Translations under genes and position numbers: made by a program
The notes under the pieces: model-generated
The model's database searches: none
What the model was told of the DNA's origin: nothing
Seen by the model: only the letters and a program-made list of their open reading frames with translations
Source of the DNA: an uncultured delta proteobacterium
GTDB lineage: Bacteria; Desulfobacterota; Binatia; Bin18
Assembly (NCBI GenBank): GCA_963733195.1
Contig: CAVTCR010000009.1
Location: 120,255-184,254 of the forward strand
Direction: 5' to 3'
Length of the DNA: 64,000 bases
Shown here: positions 30,482-41,943 of the stretch, in pieces
How positions within the stretch are numbered: the first letter of the stretch is position 1
How the letters are laid out: every line of letters starts with the position of its first letter

Positions 30482-32625
30482 ATGTATGCACCCAGCGAAC
30501 GTTGCGACGATGGGGGCTGCTGTTGCGCTCGGCCTCTGTGTGCTGGTCGGATCTGGCCTACGCCGGTGCACCATTATTTTTCAATGAAACGACCGGGCAG
30601 CCATTCTTCTGGCCTGATAACCATTCCTTCTATGTAGTGGAAACTGGGCCGATCGGGCCCTTAAGTAACGCAAGCTGCCAAGGGACGGTTGACCGCGCAT
30701 TCCAACGCTGGGCCTGATCTCCCTAGCGTTAATTTACGGATGGATGATCTGGATAAAATTCTACCTACCACCTGAGTCTCGCTCCGTTCAAACGTGACTT
30801 CACAATCGATGATTTCACTACCATGGTGCCATGTCAGGTATTCCCAAGCGATCCTCCCGACACACAGCGCTCGCACTTCGACTGCGATTGCGCCGGGCAT
30901 GTATCGCACAGGATCTGGAGAATTGTCCGAGTCCAATTGTGTTTGACAACGACGGACAGATTATCGATTCGATGTTTGGTCAGAATAGTGGCGTGCTCGG
31001 GGTCTCCGGCCCTGACGTATTCATCCCGTCTCAATAGTATTGTCGCCGGATCATCGGTTATTAACGGTGCATTTTTCACCGCCGAAGCGGAACAGCAAAG
31101 ACAAACCCTCGATCCGAAAGATACCAAATCGCTCCTTTCTTGAAGGAGTGCTGGTCCACGAGATCGGTCATTTTCTCGGGCTCGGACATAGTGCAGTGAA
31201 TGGAGATACTGCTTTACTGAATCCAGCAGTACGAAGCATTGGTGGTAGCGTAGCCTGTAATAATCCTCCAATTGGTCCACCAGTAGACCTTACCGTCTGG
31301 ACCATTAGACTGGGCTCGTCAGTGACCCGGAGACTGTCGAAACAATGTATCCCGACAAGCCTCACGGTACGACGGTCAGCAGAAAGCACCCCCGAACGAG
31401 ACGACGAAAGCTCAATGGCAAAACTGTATCCGTGTACTACAGAAAGCGACTGCAGACTGGGGGATGTTCACGCCCGCTCTCTGCGACTGGGACAATCGCG
31501 GGCGATCTTCATCCCTGACCCAGACAATCCGGGCCAGTTAAACCTGCCCAAGGAGTCTTAGTCATTGCTCGGCGAATTGACGCTATGACTCGACCGAAAG
31601 TTTAAGAGAAGCAGTGTCGCAACTCACTGGCAATACCTTTGCTCCACAACGCTGTAACGGAGTTCTTTTCAGAGAGACAACAGAATAACGGCAAGCCGAT
31701 AGACAAGTCTCGTTTACTGGACTTTTCGGTGCCTGTACACGAAAGCGACGATCCATTCAACGCTGGACAAGCCGAATGTCAGGCATTACTCAATGATAAA
31801 TTTCCTGGCGTCGGGATATCGCTTTCTTGGATTCTGCGGTTCTTTCGCCTGGGGTTTGGTCAGCCACGCCGATTGGACACCGGAAGAAAATCACTTTACT
31901 TACCAATCTTTCTCCCGGAAAGTATCTCGTGCAAGCCTCGCCGCTTTTTCAAGGGGGATTCTCTTCGCCTGTCCGTTCCACCTCAGGGTTTATTGTGGTC
32001 TGTCTGGCAGTTTAAGCCCGTTGATTGTCTACTGATGACAATTCCGCGATTTGCACTCTTTCCCAATCCGCAAACCGGCGAATTCTACAATGGCCCGGCA
32101 ACCGGGTGCGGGGCCGATATCACAACCTGTGGTGAAGAGCGGGCGGCCTCAACAGATAACCCATTTGCGTACACCCAGATCGACGTCACAGCCGGAGGTC
32201 GCGTCGACAATGTGAATATCTTGATGAATACCTCAGAACAAGAATTTTTGTGCGACCCTGGTTTTCAGTTCTGTAGCATCGGCGATGTCAACGCCGATAA
32301 CATCGTCAATGACACGAAGATATATCGAGGTCCTCAAACAAAAAGAGAAATCTGATAAGGGAAAAAATTTAATCAACGCGCAGATCTGAACCAGGATGGA
32401 CAGGTGTCCTTCTTCGATGTTGATCTCATCACCGATATTGTCACGCTCCCACGCCCCTTCACAGTTAATGCGGCACAACAAGAATTGAAACGTGGCATTG
32501 CCTCGTTCGATGCGATTTGCCTTGCGGCTGCGCGTGACGGTTGTACTATTGGAGCGCCTGTCAACGAAACTGACGCAGACCGTGATATGACTTGCGCACA
32601 GCGAAAGAACTTGGGTGTCGAGTGA
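30482..32625 (+). pseudogene. Matrixin (M10/metzincin) metalloprotease + dockerin; many frameshifts (assembly error or decay)
   Basis: HEIGHFLGLGH (~31157-31189); Met-turn ETMYP (~31338); dockerin-like GDVNADNIVND (~32281) and ADLNQDGQVSFFD (~32380). Confidence 0.7.
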
Positions 32626-32735
32626 TTGATTGTCCTTAGGCCGAAATACAAGAAGACAAGGAATCAAGTCATTACGAGTTACCCATAATACGGGGAGCTA
32701 AGCACGAAGGCAGAAACAAAGGCCACAGTTTTGGC

Positions 32736-32815
32736 CGTCATTCCCGCGCAAGCGGGAATCCAGTTTTCTGCCCCTGGATTCCGGGTCGCGGCCTGCGGCC
32801 TTGCCCGGAATGACG
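32736..32815. repeat. GTCATTCC-type REPIN-like inverted doublet
   Basis: CGTCATTCCCGC..GCGGGAATCCAG-spacer-CTGGATTCCGGG..CCCGGAATGACG. Confidence 0.75.
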
Positions 32816-32972
32816 AGTTGCCAAGAGCATCCGGTGCGAGCTGAGAATTTTGTTCCTAAGCAGGAGCCACAGGCGACGAAGCACCCTTGCGTCGCGGATT
32901 GTATTTATGTGACAATTTCTTTTAGGGGGCTGCTCGTCACTTTCTGTGGTCGACTCTGTGCAGTAAGAACGT

Positions 32973-34238
32973 ATGAGACATCTGCTCTTCCTCTTCGTTT
33001 GCGCATGGATGCTTGGCAGTGCCAATCCGGTTACCGCACAGGACGGCAAAGATACTCAGACTGCTCTGTCAGTATCAGCTGCACACGAGTTGTTCGGTAA
33101 GCAGTGCGGCCTATGCCACGAGCCTTTCAAAGGCGCGCCTGAACAGTTATGTCTCAAATGTCACGACGGTCCGCTTCATAACACTGCACAGGCCGTTACT
33201 CCGCCCTGTATTTCCTGTCACGTCGAACACAAAGGGCAAGAGAAACTCGCTCAGGTCTCGAATGAACAATGTGTGACCTGCCATAAAGATCTGCAGGTCA
33301 AAAATAGCGCGCCACTCTTTGCCAAAAAAATTACCGGCTTTGCGCAAGATCACCCTGAGTTTGCCATCTCGCTGAAAAGCGGCATCGGCATTAAACGACT
33401 CCGCCTCAATGAGACAGGTGGAAATCAAAGTGACCGCACGACGTTGACCTTCCCGCATGATGTACACTTAAAAGCTGGCCTCAAGAGTCCCAAAGGACAG
33501 GTACAGCTAGCGTGTAAAGATTGTCATGCGACCGCAGATGACGGCAAACAGATTGCGCCAATTGTGTACGAAAAGCACTGCCAAAGCTGTCACCAACTCG
33601 CGTTTTCGCCTGACACGCCGAACGTTTTTGCCCCGCACGCAGAACCATCGGTCGTGCATGGTTTCTTGGTGGCAACTTTTGCCGAACGTCGTGCTGCGGC
33701 GCCCTCGCCTCCTCCAGCTGCATCGACACCAGAACTTCCGACCGGACGACTGACCCGCCCAGTGCCTTCAGTATCACCAGTTATCACCGCCCCTACCTCC
33801 GGCCAATCGGTCGTTGCTGCGGAAAAGTATCTGTACACCGTCACGTGTAATAAATGTCATGTCGTTCAGAATCCCCAGGCACGAATTCCGACGATCGCCC
33901 GTGTAGCCATTCCTAAAGTGTGGCTTCCACACGGATTATTCTCTCATCGTTCTCACCGACTATTAGAGTGTGCATCGTGCCACGATGATGTCACGAAGAG
34001 TAAAGTCGCTACCGACGTTAATCTTCCGAGTATTAAAGTCTGCCAGCAGTGTCATCGAGCGGCTGTGCAAACCGTGGCAGCGCCAGTGTCGCAACACAGT
34101 GCCACAACCGATTGTGTCTCCTGTCATGTGTACCACGATAAGTCGAAGGATTCGGATTGGTTGGGAACATTTACTGTTCAACGCATTTTGACTGAAGGGG
34201 CTGACAGTAAAGGAGTAGGACAGCCAAAGAAAAAATAA
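32973..34238 (+). CDS. Periplasmic decaheme cytochrome c (c3/c7-like)
   Basis: Signal peptide; 10 CxxCH; FPHDVH and FSHRSH distal-ligand motifs. Confidence 0.9.
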   Translation: MRHLLFLFVCAWMLGSANPVTAQDGKDTQTALSVSAAHELFGKQCGLCHEPFKGAPEQLCLKCHDGPLHNTAQAVTPPCISCHVEHKGQEKLAQVSNEQCVTCHKDLQVKNSAPLFAKKITGFAQDHPEFAISLKSGIGIKRLRLNETGGNQSDRTTLTFPHDVHLKAGLKSPKGQVQLACKDCHATADDGKQIAPIVYEKHCQSCHQLAFSPDTPNVFAPHAEPSVVHGFLVATFAERRAAAPSPPPAASTPELPTGRLTRPVPSVSPVITAPTSGQSVVAAEKYLYTVTCNKCHVVQNPQARIPTIARVAIPKVWLPHGLFSHRSHRLLECASCHDDVTKSKVATDVNLPSIKVCQQCHRAAVQTVAAPVSQHSATTDCVSCHVYHDKSKDSDWLGTFTVQRILTEGADSKGVGQPKKK

Positions 34239-34402
34239 TCGCGAGAACACACGGAGCACCGCATACTTTCTCCAGACAAACCGTCGCACTTCAGGTGATT
34301 CCCTGAGGGCTTCTCATATACAGTGTTTCACTTTGCGCTAGTTCACCAATTGTGCTACGCTGCCTTGACTAGCGTACCGGGTGGGTAGGGAGGAAAACAA
34401 TT

Positions 34403-36063
34403 ATGTTGAGAATACGGCTCATGGCTGGGGCTCTGTTTGCTCTGCTCCTTGCATACGGTTTTAGTCTTCCCTCCTTCGCGGCTGCACAGGCTTGCGACCC
34501 TGCAACCCCTCCACTGTGCGCCAGTGAAGTACAAGCAATAATCAATCGCGCCATCACTATACTTGATCAGCCAATGGTTGTTGCTGTGGTTGATAGAGTC
34601 GGTAACCCTCTTGGGGTATTCCGCAAGACTGGAGCCCCGTTACAAGTGGCGGGGAATTTCTCTGGTGAATCGTTACTCAACAACCCACTCTACGACGCCG
34701 GCGAAGTTGCGGTCTCGCTCGCCCGGACGGCGGCGTTTTTTAGCCATAATCAAGCTCCACTCTCTTCTCGTACGGTGCGGTTTATTAGCGGAGTCCATTT
34801 TCCTCCAGGCGTCTTGTTCACACCGAACGCCGCTTTATATGGCATCGAGAACACCAATCGTGGCTGTGACTTCAATGCCACCTTCAACCCGGGCAAGGAG
34901 GTGCCGCGCGCTAAAGCGCCCTGAATGGTTTGCCATGTAACAGTACCGATCGTCGTGGATGTAGCCTTGGCATCACAACCGGAAAATTGAATTTCTTTGA
35001 TAATGACTCCACTGCCGTGAATCCCGGTGGCATTCCAATATACAAGGGGAATACCGAAGTCGGTGGCGTCGGAGTCGTGGGAAATTTCTCTGGCGCTACT
35101 GCCGAACTGGTAGCGTTGGGTGCAGCGTTTCTTCCCCCTGGCACGAGTGTCCTTCCAGTTCCAGCCTTCTTTACCAAGGATTTGCGCGAACGGGTGTTTA
35201 TCGACGGGATTCGTTTACCCTTTGTGAATCTTGATGTCCCAAAAATCGTGAAGCAGATTCGCAAAGGTAAAGTGCCCAAGGGCCTCAAAATCGACCCGGC
35301 CCCGACAGGAGAGTTTATTCTTCCCCCTCAGGACGGTCAGTGTTTTGATCGCGAGGAGAACAATGGTGTGTGTCGGGCTGCTCCGGAAGGATATCTGATC
35401 GGCCCTAATGCCGGCTCGAAACTCACACAAGCAGAAGTTGATCAGATCGTCCAGAATGCAGTTGAAACCGCTGACGCTACCCGTGCGGTCATTCGTTTCC
35501 CGCGTGGAGTGCGGACAAAAATGATGGTTTCCGTCGCTGATGTAGACGGCACGCTCTTGGCGGTCTATCGCATGCCAGACGCAACAATCTTCAGCATCGA
35601 TGTCGCAACCGCAAAGTCGCGGAACGTTATTTATTTCAGTGGACCGAGAACTAACGTTCGCAATGATCTCCCTCAGGTGCCAGAAGGTACATCGATTAGT
35701 AACCGCACGCTGAGTTTTGGTAGCCAACCCCTCTATCCACCAGGTATCGATACCGGTGGGGAAGGGCCTTTTTTCCGCACCCTCTATATTCCTGACTCCC
35801 TCACTCCCTGCACCCAAGGTACCCAGCCAACCAATCCGAATCAAAGTGGCATTGTCTTTTTCCCTGGCAGTCTTCCGTTGTTCAGAAACGGGGAAGTCAT
35901 TGGCGGCCTTGGGATTAGTGGTGATGGGGTGGAACAAGACGATTTTGTCACTGTTGGTGGAGCGATCGGCTTTGACCCGCCTAATAAGATCCGGGCTGAT
36001 CAGTTCTTTATTCGTGGCGCCCGTCTGGCATATCTCAAGTTTCCCAGAAACGCCGAGCGATAA
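34403..36063 (+). CDS. Secreted tandem GlcG/HbpS heme-binding protein (frameshift ~34920)
   Basis: Signal peptide; VAVVDRVG..PGGIPIYKG..VGGVGV and VSVADVDG..KSR..PGSLPLFRNGEVIGGLGISGD. Confidence 0.8.
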
Positions 36064-36102
36064 TACCGATGTCTCCGGTTGCGGCGAGATGAGGGGGTTG
36101 TG

Positions 36103-38113
36103 ATGCGCGTACGAAAATCAGAGAAGGCAAAGTGGAGAAGAGTAGTGTGTATTATGCTCTCGCTTTTCCCTCTTGTCGCTGCCCACGAGAGCTGGAGCGC
36201 GGAACCCAGCACCCCAACTCTTGTTATTAACCGTGGGTTACCGATTTATACGTCCGACGTCTCACCGCGTCTGCATGGGACCTCAACCGCGGCTAAAGGT
36301 TCGCGCGTCGTTGCCATGATCGGTAAAACGACTGCGTCGACGGTCGTCTTGGCGGGAAACACCTGGATTCTTGATTGGCCTGAGGTCTTACCGGCGGGAA
36401 ATTATAAACTTGATAGTGACCGTCACTGACACCAACGGCACGACCACAAGTGCGACACAAACGATCACCGTCAGTGGTCCAGGTCGCGCAGTTCGCCGCC
36501 CGCTCCTCTCTCCTCCAGATGAATTTAACCCGGTACCGCTCGATGAATCGGCTGAAGCCGACTTTCAAGCCACAACCGATCGCTGGCGTATTATTCCACC
36601 TCCCTACGAAGTCAACGTTAAGGGCAGCCTGTGGGACCCCTATAATCAAAACGTCTTGAAAGGTGATTATCCGGTCTGGGGACAAGATGTTTTCCTAAAC
36701 CTCACTGGTTCATGGGATACGCTTGTCGAGGTGCGCAAGACACCGGTGCCAAGCGGTCCCAGTAGTGAACGGGCAGGCAGCGCTCAGTTTTTAGGGAATG
36801 ATACACAATTTCTGTTGAATCAAAACTTCACGCTATCCGCTGATCTCTTCAAAGGCGATACCGCCTTCAAACCTTTTGACTGGCGTGCAAAATTCACGTT
36901 CATCGGCAACATTAATTATACTCACGTCGAAGAGCGGGGCGTCCTGTTTCCCGATGTTCGTAGAGGGATTGACCGGACCGATGGTACGCCTGCTTTACAA
37001 GAAGCTTTTGTCGAAGCCAAACTTGCAGATCTGAGCCCGAATTATGATTTTGTTTCTATTCGCGCCGGTATTCAGCCATTCAATAGTGACTTCAAAGGAT
37101 TCGTATTCTCCGACCAGACACTTGGTGTTCGTCTGTTCGGCAACTACAACAACAATTTAGACCAGTACAATTTGGTGTACTTCGACCGTTTGGAAAAAGA
37201 TACGAACAGTGGCCTTAATCGCTACCGCTTACGCGATCAAAAACTACTGATCGCCAACTACTATCGACAAGACTTTCTCGTCAAAGGTTACACGACTCAG
37301 TTCAGCATCCATCAACTGTGGGAAGGAAAGACATTTCACTTCGATCAAAATGATTTTCTCGTGCGCCCAGATCCGATTGGCTCGTTTCGTGAGCACGCGA
37401 TTAACGCAACGTATTTAGGCTGGACCAGTTTCGGCCATGTTGAACGGATCAATATCGACTCAGCGTTCTATTACGTTCTTGGCCATGATACGCGGAATCC
37501 AATCGCCGGTCGTAGTATTGATATTGCTGCCTACATGGGTGCCCTCGAATTATCAATCGATCGCGACTGGCTACGCCCGAAAATTTCCTATTTTCACGCC
37601 TCTGGTGATGGTGACCCGCTTGATGGTACAGGTCACGGGTTTGACGCGATCTTTGATAACCCGTTGTTTGCTGGTGGTGGATTTAGTTACTGGAACCGCC
37701 TGGGCGTCAAGCTCACTGGTACTGGGGTGAATCTGGTCAATCGCGGGAGTCTGCTCCCCGATCTGCGCAGCAGCAAAGACGAAGGGCAACCAAATTTCGT
37801 CAACCCAGGTATCCATATTTTCAACGTCGGTCTTGATGCGGAATTCACGCCTAAGGTGAAAGGCATCTTTAATGCGAACTATATGTTCTTTGACACGACC
37901 AGACCGCTGAAGGTCGTTCTCCAGCAGAATCGTGTTGATGGTGAAATCGGTTGGGATCTGAGTGCTGGCATTCGTTATCGGCCCTATCTGAACAACAATG
38001 TGATTATTCTCGTAGGAACGGCGGTGTTTTTTCCTGGCAAAGGATTCAGTGACATCTTCGGTCAGAGGTCAACACAATTCCACAGTTTCAGCAACGTAAT
38101 TTTGACATTCTAG
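36103..38113 (+). CDS. Ig-like domain + outer-membrane beta-barrel (frameshift ~36408)
   Basis: Signal peptide; Ig strand PAGNY-NLIVTVTDTNG joins ORFs 36079 and 36371; amphipathic strands; terminal NVILTF. Confidence 0.7.
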
Positions 38114-38121
38114 GGGGGAGA

Positions 38122-41100
38122 TTGGGGATGCTATCGCCATCACAATCCTGGTTCATCCGGTCAGGAGGAGGTTTAGCTCTCGCTGCAATCCTCATTTCGT
38201 TCGTCACCCTCATCGCCTGGACCCCGTCTTCTGGTGAGCAAGCAACGCGTACAGCAGCAACTCCCCAGAAGCCACCACAACCTGAGTTGATGTTGCAATC
38301 ACAAGCAGAGGTCGATCAGAAAAGTGCAGGTTGTGTCAGCTGTCATCAGGGAATTGAGCCTATGCACGCCTCACCAGCAGTGCGGCTTGGTTGCACCGAT
38401 TGTCATGGCGGCAATAGCCAGGCCGGCGTTGTGGCTGGAAGTTCGCAAGACGCGGCGGCTTATGAACAAGTGAAGAATCAGGCCCATGTCCAACCCCGGC
38501 ATCCTGAATTCTGGCAAAAAGACGGGAAACCAACCTCAGCGAATCCGGAACGGACGTATACACGTCTCCTCAAAGAGTCTGCGGAGTTTATCCGTTTCAT
38601 TAATCCCGGCGACCTGCGGATCGCCGATGAGACCTGCGGCTCGTGTCATCAAGCACAAGTCAACGCCACCAAGAAGAGCCCAATGACCACCTCTTCAATT
38701 TTCTGGGCAGCGGCTGGATACGCGAATGGAATTCTTTCGACCAAGCACGCAATCGTTGGCGAAGCTTATATGCGAGACGGTGAGGCTGCTGCAATTATAC
38801 CGAAGACTCCGCCAACAGAAGAAGAGCTGAAGAAAGGCGTTCTCCCTTCTCTCCTGCCCCTGCCCCGTTGGGAAGCATTGCAACCGGCAGATAATTTTCG
38901 TGCTTTTGAAGATGGCGGATTACTCCAACCCTCCGCATTTCCAGAAATCGGCAACCCGAATCTGACCGATGATTCCGGCAAGCCAGACATTCGCTTGAGT
39001 AGCCGAGGACCAGGCACTGGTCTTCGCGTTAGTATTCCAGTACTGAATCTTCACAAAACACGCCTGAATGATCCGCATTTGTCGCTGTTGGGGACCAATG
39101 ATCATCCAGGTGATTATCGTTCCAGTGGTTGTACGGGGTGTCATGTCGTCTATGCCAACGACCGCGATCCGGTACGATCAGGCCCGTATGCGCAGTTCGG
39201 CCATCTCGGAAAAAGCTTCACCAATGATCCAACTATTCCGAAAGACGAATCTGGTCATCCGATTCGTCACCGCCTCACCCGAGCGATTCCGTCGAGCCAA
39301 TGCATGGTCTGTCACATGCACCAGCCGAATCAGTTCGTCAACACGTATTACGGTTTCAACATGTGGGATTATGAATCTGACGGTGAGTTCCTGTGGCCCA
39401 AGGAGCAGAAGGATCCCACAGAAAAAGAGAAACGGATTAGTTTGGAACACAATCCAGAAGCCGCAGCAGCGCGCGGGTTGTGGACGAACAGAGACTTTCT
39501 CGCCAAAGTCAGCGAGTTAAATCCACAACTGAAGCACACCCAGTTTTCCGACTATCACGGTCACGGCTGGGTATTCAAAGCGGCATACAAACGCGACCGC
39601 AAAGGTAATCTCCTCGACAAGAACGGTAAGATCGTCCCATTCGGAGATCCCCAATGGGCGAAGAAAGCCGTTCACCTCATGGATATCCATTTAGAAAAAG
39701 GCATGCATTGCGTGGATTGCCACTTCACGGTTGATGCCCATGGTGGCGGTGGCAAGCTCTTGGGTGAGTATGCTGATGCAATAGAGATTGGTTGCGAGGA
39801 TTGTCACGGTACCACGAAAGCACGTGCAACCCTGCGAACCAGTGGACCAGCCTCGCCGCTCGGTGGTAATGACTTGTCTGTTGGTACCACCCCCTATGGC
39901 CGTCAACGCTTCGCGTGGCGCGACGGAAAGCTCTTCCAACGTTCGATGGTTAACAAAGATATGGAGTGGGAAGTTCGACAGGTTCTCGATAGTATCACTC
40001 CTGGTAACCCCCACTACAATGAGAAAGCACGCTTGGCCAAAACCATTCAACGCGACAACAAAACCTGGGGGCGCGGTGATATCGAGGAAGCCAAATTGGC
40101 CCACTCGAATGACAAGATGACCTGCTTCACTTGTCACAGCTCGTGGATGACGTCGTGTTTTGGCTGCCACCTGCCGCAGGAAGCCAACGTTAAAGCCGAG
40201 CGACTGCATTATGAAGGTGGTGATACCCGCCAGTATAGCTCGTATAATCCACAAGTCGTACGTGAAGATATTTACATGATCGGTATTCACGGTACCGATA
40301 AGAATCACCGTATCGCACCGGTTCGTTCTTCCAGTGCGCTCATCCTCAGTTCAGTCAACCTCAATCGCCAACGCTTCTATATCCAACAGCCGCCGATCTC
40401 GACCCCAGGTTACAGCAGTCAGGCGTTTAATACCCATTTCCCCCATACTGTTCGCACAACCGAAACAAAAGCCTGTACCGACTGTCACATCTCGCAGCAA
40501 AATGACAACAATGCCTGGATGACGCAGTTGCTCACGCTGGGCACGAACTTCGTCAATTTCATGGGACGCCACGCTTGGGTCGCCATTGGTGAAGAAGGAT
40601 TTGAGGCGATCGGAGTCACGGAGTGGGAAGAGCCGCAAGCAGTGATTGGTAGCTATCTCCACAAACTCGCCTACCCAGCCAACTACAAGGCACATCAGGA
40701 TCATGAACTTGAGCTAAAGGAAGCTCGTCATCATCATGGTCGCAGTCAGGTGCTGCAAATCGAGAAACGTGGAGAATACCTCTACGCTGCACTCGGCTCG
40801 AAAGGAATGGAAGCGTTCGATATTGCCAACGTTGATAACAAGGACTTTTCCGAACGGGTTGTGACAGCGCCGGTCTCACCATTGGGCCAACGTACCTACG
40901 TGCGTACCAAATACGCCACAGCAGTTGCATTGCCGACCAATATGCCGATCGCACCGTATCGTAAGCTTGAGCCGGACAATGAAGAACAGCCCTGGCATCC
41001 GTTGTATCACTACGCGTATGTCAGTGACCGCGAGGAAGGACTGATCCTCGTCAACACTGATACCTTGGCCGACCGCGACCCAGCCAACAATTTCTTCGAG

Positions 41101-41943
41101 CGCAACTTAACCTTCAATCCCGATAATGCCCTCAAAGGAGCGGAAACTCTGACCGTTGCTGGGACCTCGGTCTACATCGGTTGTGATCGTGGCTTAGTGG
41201 TCGTGGACATCAATCAACCACTTACACCACGCATCATTGCTGAAGTGCCGCTGGTCAAACCAAGATCGATCACCGTGCAGTTTCGTTACGCGTTTGTCAT
41301 TGATGCCGAAGGCCTGAAAGTCCTTGACGTAACCAATCCTGCAACTCCCAAAGTCGTTGGGCAAGTAGCAATCCAAGGCGCACGTACGGTGTATGTCGCT
41401 CGTACCTATGCTTACGTTGCCGCCGGATCACAAGGTATCGTCATTGTCGATGTCGAACGTCCTGATAAACCAGTCATTGATCAAGTGTACAACGCTGAGG
41501 GGAAAATCAATGACGCGCACGACGTCAAGGTGGCATCGACGAATGCCAGTTTGTTTGCCTATGTCGCTGACGGTCACAATGGTCTCCGTGTGTTGCAACT
41601 CACCTCACCAGAAACCGTACCTGGATACTTAGGATTTAGTCCGCGCCCGGCTCCACGGCTGATTGCGACCCGTCATACCGACGGCCCAGCCCTTTTTATT
41701 GCCAAGGGTTTAGATCGTGACCGAGCGGTCGATGAGAGTGGTAATCAGGTCAGTGTTTTTAACCGGATTGGGGCGCGGCCGTTCAATCTCCACGAAATGC
41801 AGAGGATGTACCTCCGTGACGGTCAGATCTTCCAGGTCAGCGATACACCACCTGGACCACCGCTACGGATACGGACTGAAACGAAAGAAGACACCGGTAA
41901 ACAAGTTTCTGAGGAAAAGGCAACGATCAAACGCGAGGGTTGA
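38122..41943 (+). CDS. Large decaheme cytochrome c with C-terminal LVIVD-repeat propeller
   Basis: N-terminal hydrophobic anchor; 10 CxxCH; repeats GLVVVDINQP, GLKVLDVTNP, GIVIVDVERP, GLRVLQLTSP. Confidence 0.88.
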   Translation: MGMLSPSQSWFIRSGGGLALAAILISFVTLIAWTPSSGEQATRTAATPQKPPQPELMLQSQAEVDQKSAGCVSCHQGIEPMHASPAVRLGCTDCHGGNSQAGVVAGSSQDAAAYEQVKNQAHVQPRHPEFWQKDGKPTSANPERTYTRLLKESAEFIRFINPGDLRIADETCGSCHQAQVNATKKSPMTTSSIFWAAAGYANGILSTKHAIVGEAYMRDGEAAAIIPKTPPTEEELKKGVLPSLLPLPRWEALQPADNFRAFEDGGLLQPSAFPEIGNPNLTDDSGKPDIRLSSRGPGTGLRVSIPVLNLHKTRLNDPHLSLLGTNDHPGDYRSSGCTGCHVVYANDRDPVRSGPYAQFGHLGKSFTNDPTIPKDESGHPIRHRLTRAIPSSQCMVCHMHQPNQFVNTYYGFNMWDYESDGEFLWPKEQKDPTEKEKRISLEHNPEAAAARGLWTNRDFLAKVSELNPQLKHTQFSDYHGHGWVFKAAYKRDRKGNLLDKNGKIVPFGDPQWAKKAVHLMDIHLEKGMHCVDCHFTVDAHGGGGKLLGEYADAIEIGCEDCHGTTKARATLRTSGPASPLGGNDLSVGTTPYGRQRFAWRDGKLFQRSMVNKDMEWEVRQVLDSITPGNPHYNEKARLAKTIQRDNKTWGRGDIEEAKLAHSNDKMTCFTCHSSWMTSCFGCHLPQEANVKAERLHYEGGDTRQYSSYNPQVVREDIYMIGIHGTDKNHRIAPVRSSSALILSSVNLNRQRFYIQQPPISTPGYSSQAFNTHFPHTVRTTETKACTDCHISQQNDNNAWMTQLLTLGTNFVNFMGRHAWVAIGEEGFEAIGVTEWEEPQAVIGSYLHKLAYPANYKAHQDHELELKEARHHHGRSQVLQIEKRGEYLYAALGSKGMEAFDIANVDNKDFSERVVTAPVSPLGQRTYVRTKYATAVALPTNMPIAPYRKLEPDNEEQPWHPLYHYAYVSDREEGLILVNTDTLADRDPANNFFERNLTFNPDNALKGAETLTVAGTSVYIGCDRGLVVVDINQPLTPRIIAEVPLVKPRSITVQFRYAFVIDAEGLKVLDVTNPATPKVVGQVAIQGARTVYVARTYAYVAAGSQGIVIVDVERPDKPVIDQVYNAEGKINDAHDVKVASTNASLFAYVADGHNGLRVLQLTSPETVPGYLGFSPRPAPRLIATRHTDGPALFIAKGLDRDRAVDESGNQVSVFNRIGARPFNLHEMQRMYLRDGQIFQVSDTPPGPPLRIRTETKEDTGKQVSEEKATIKREG

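Noticed and set aside
34332-34347. CRP-like site TTTGC-N6-TCACC upstream of the GlcG operon
   Set aside because: Only 7/10 match to TGTGA-N6-TCACA, and the local cNMP protein lacks an HTH
34915-34930. UGA in the GlcG gene as a second Sec codon
   Set aside because: The continuation is in a different frame, so it is an indel rather than read-through
32973-38113. Calling the decaheme + barrel mtrA/mtrB
   Set aside because: Heme spacing and FxHxxH motifs look c3/c7-like, and gene order differs from mtrCAB; orthology is unsupported without an HMM search
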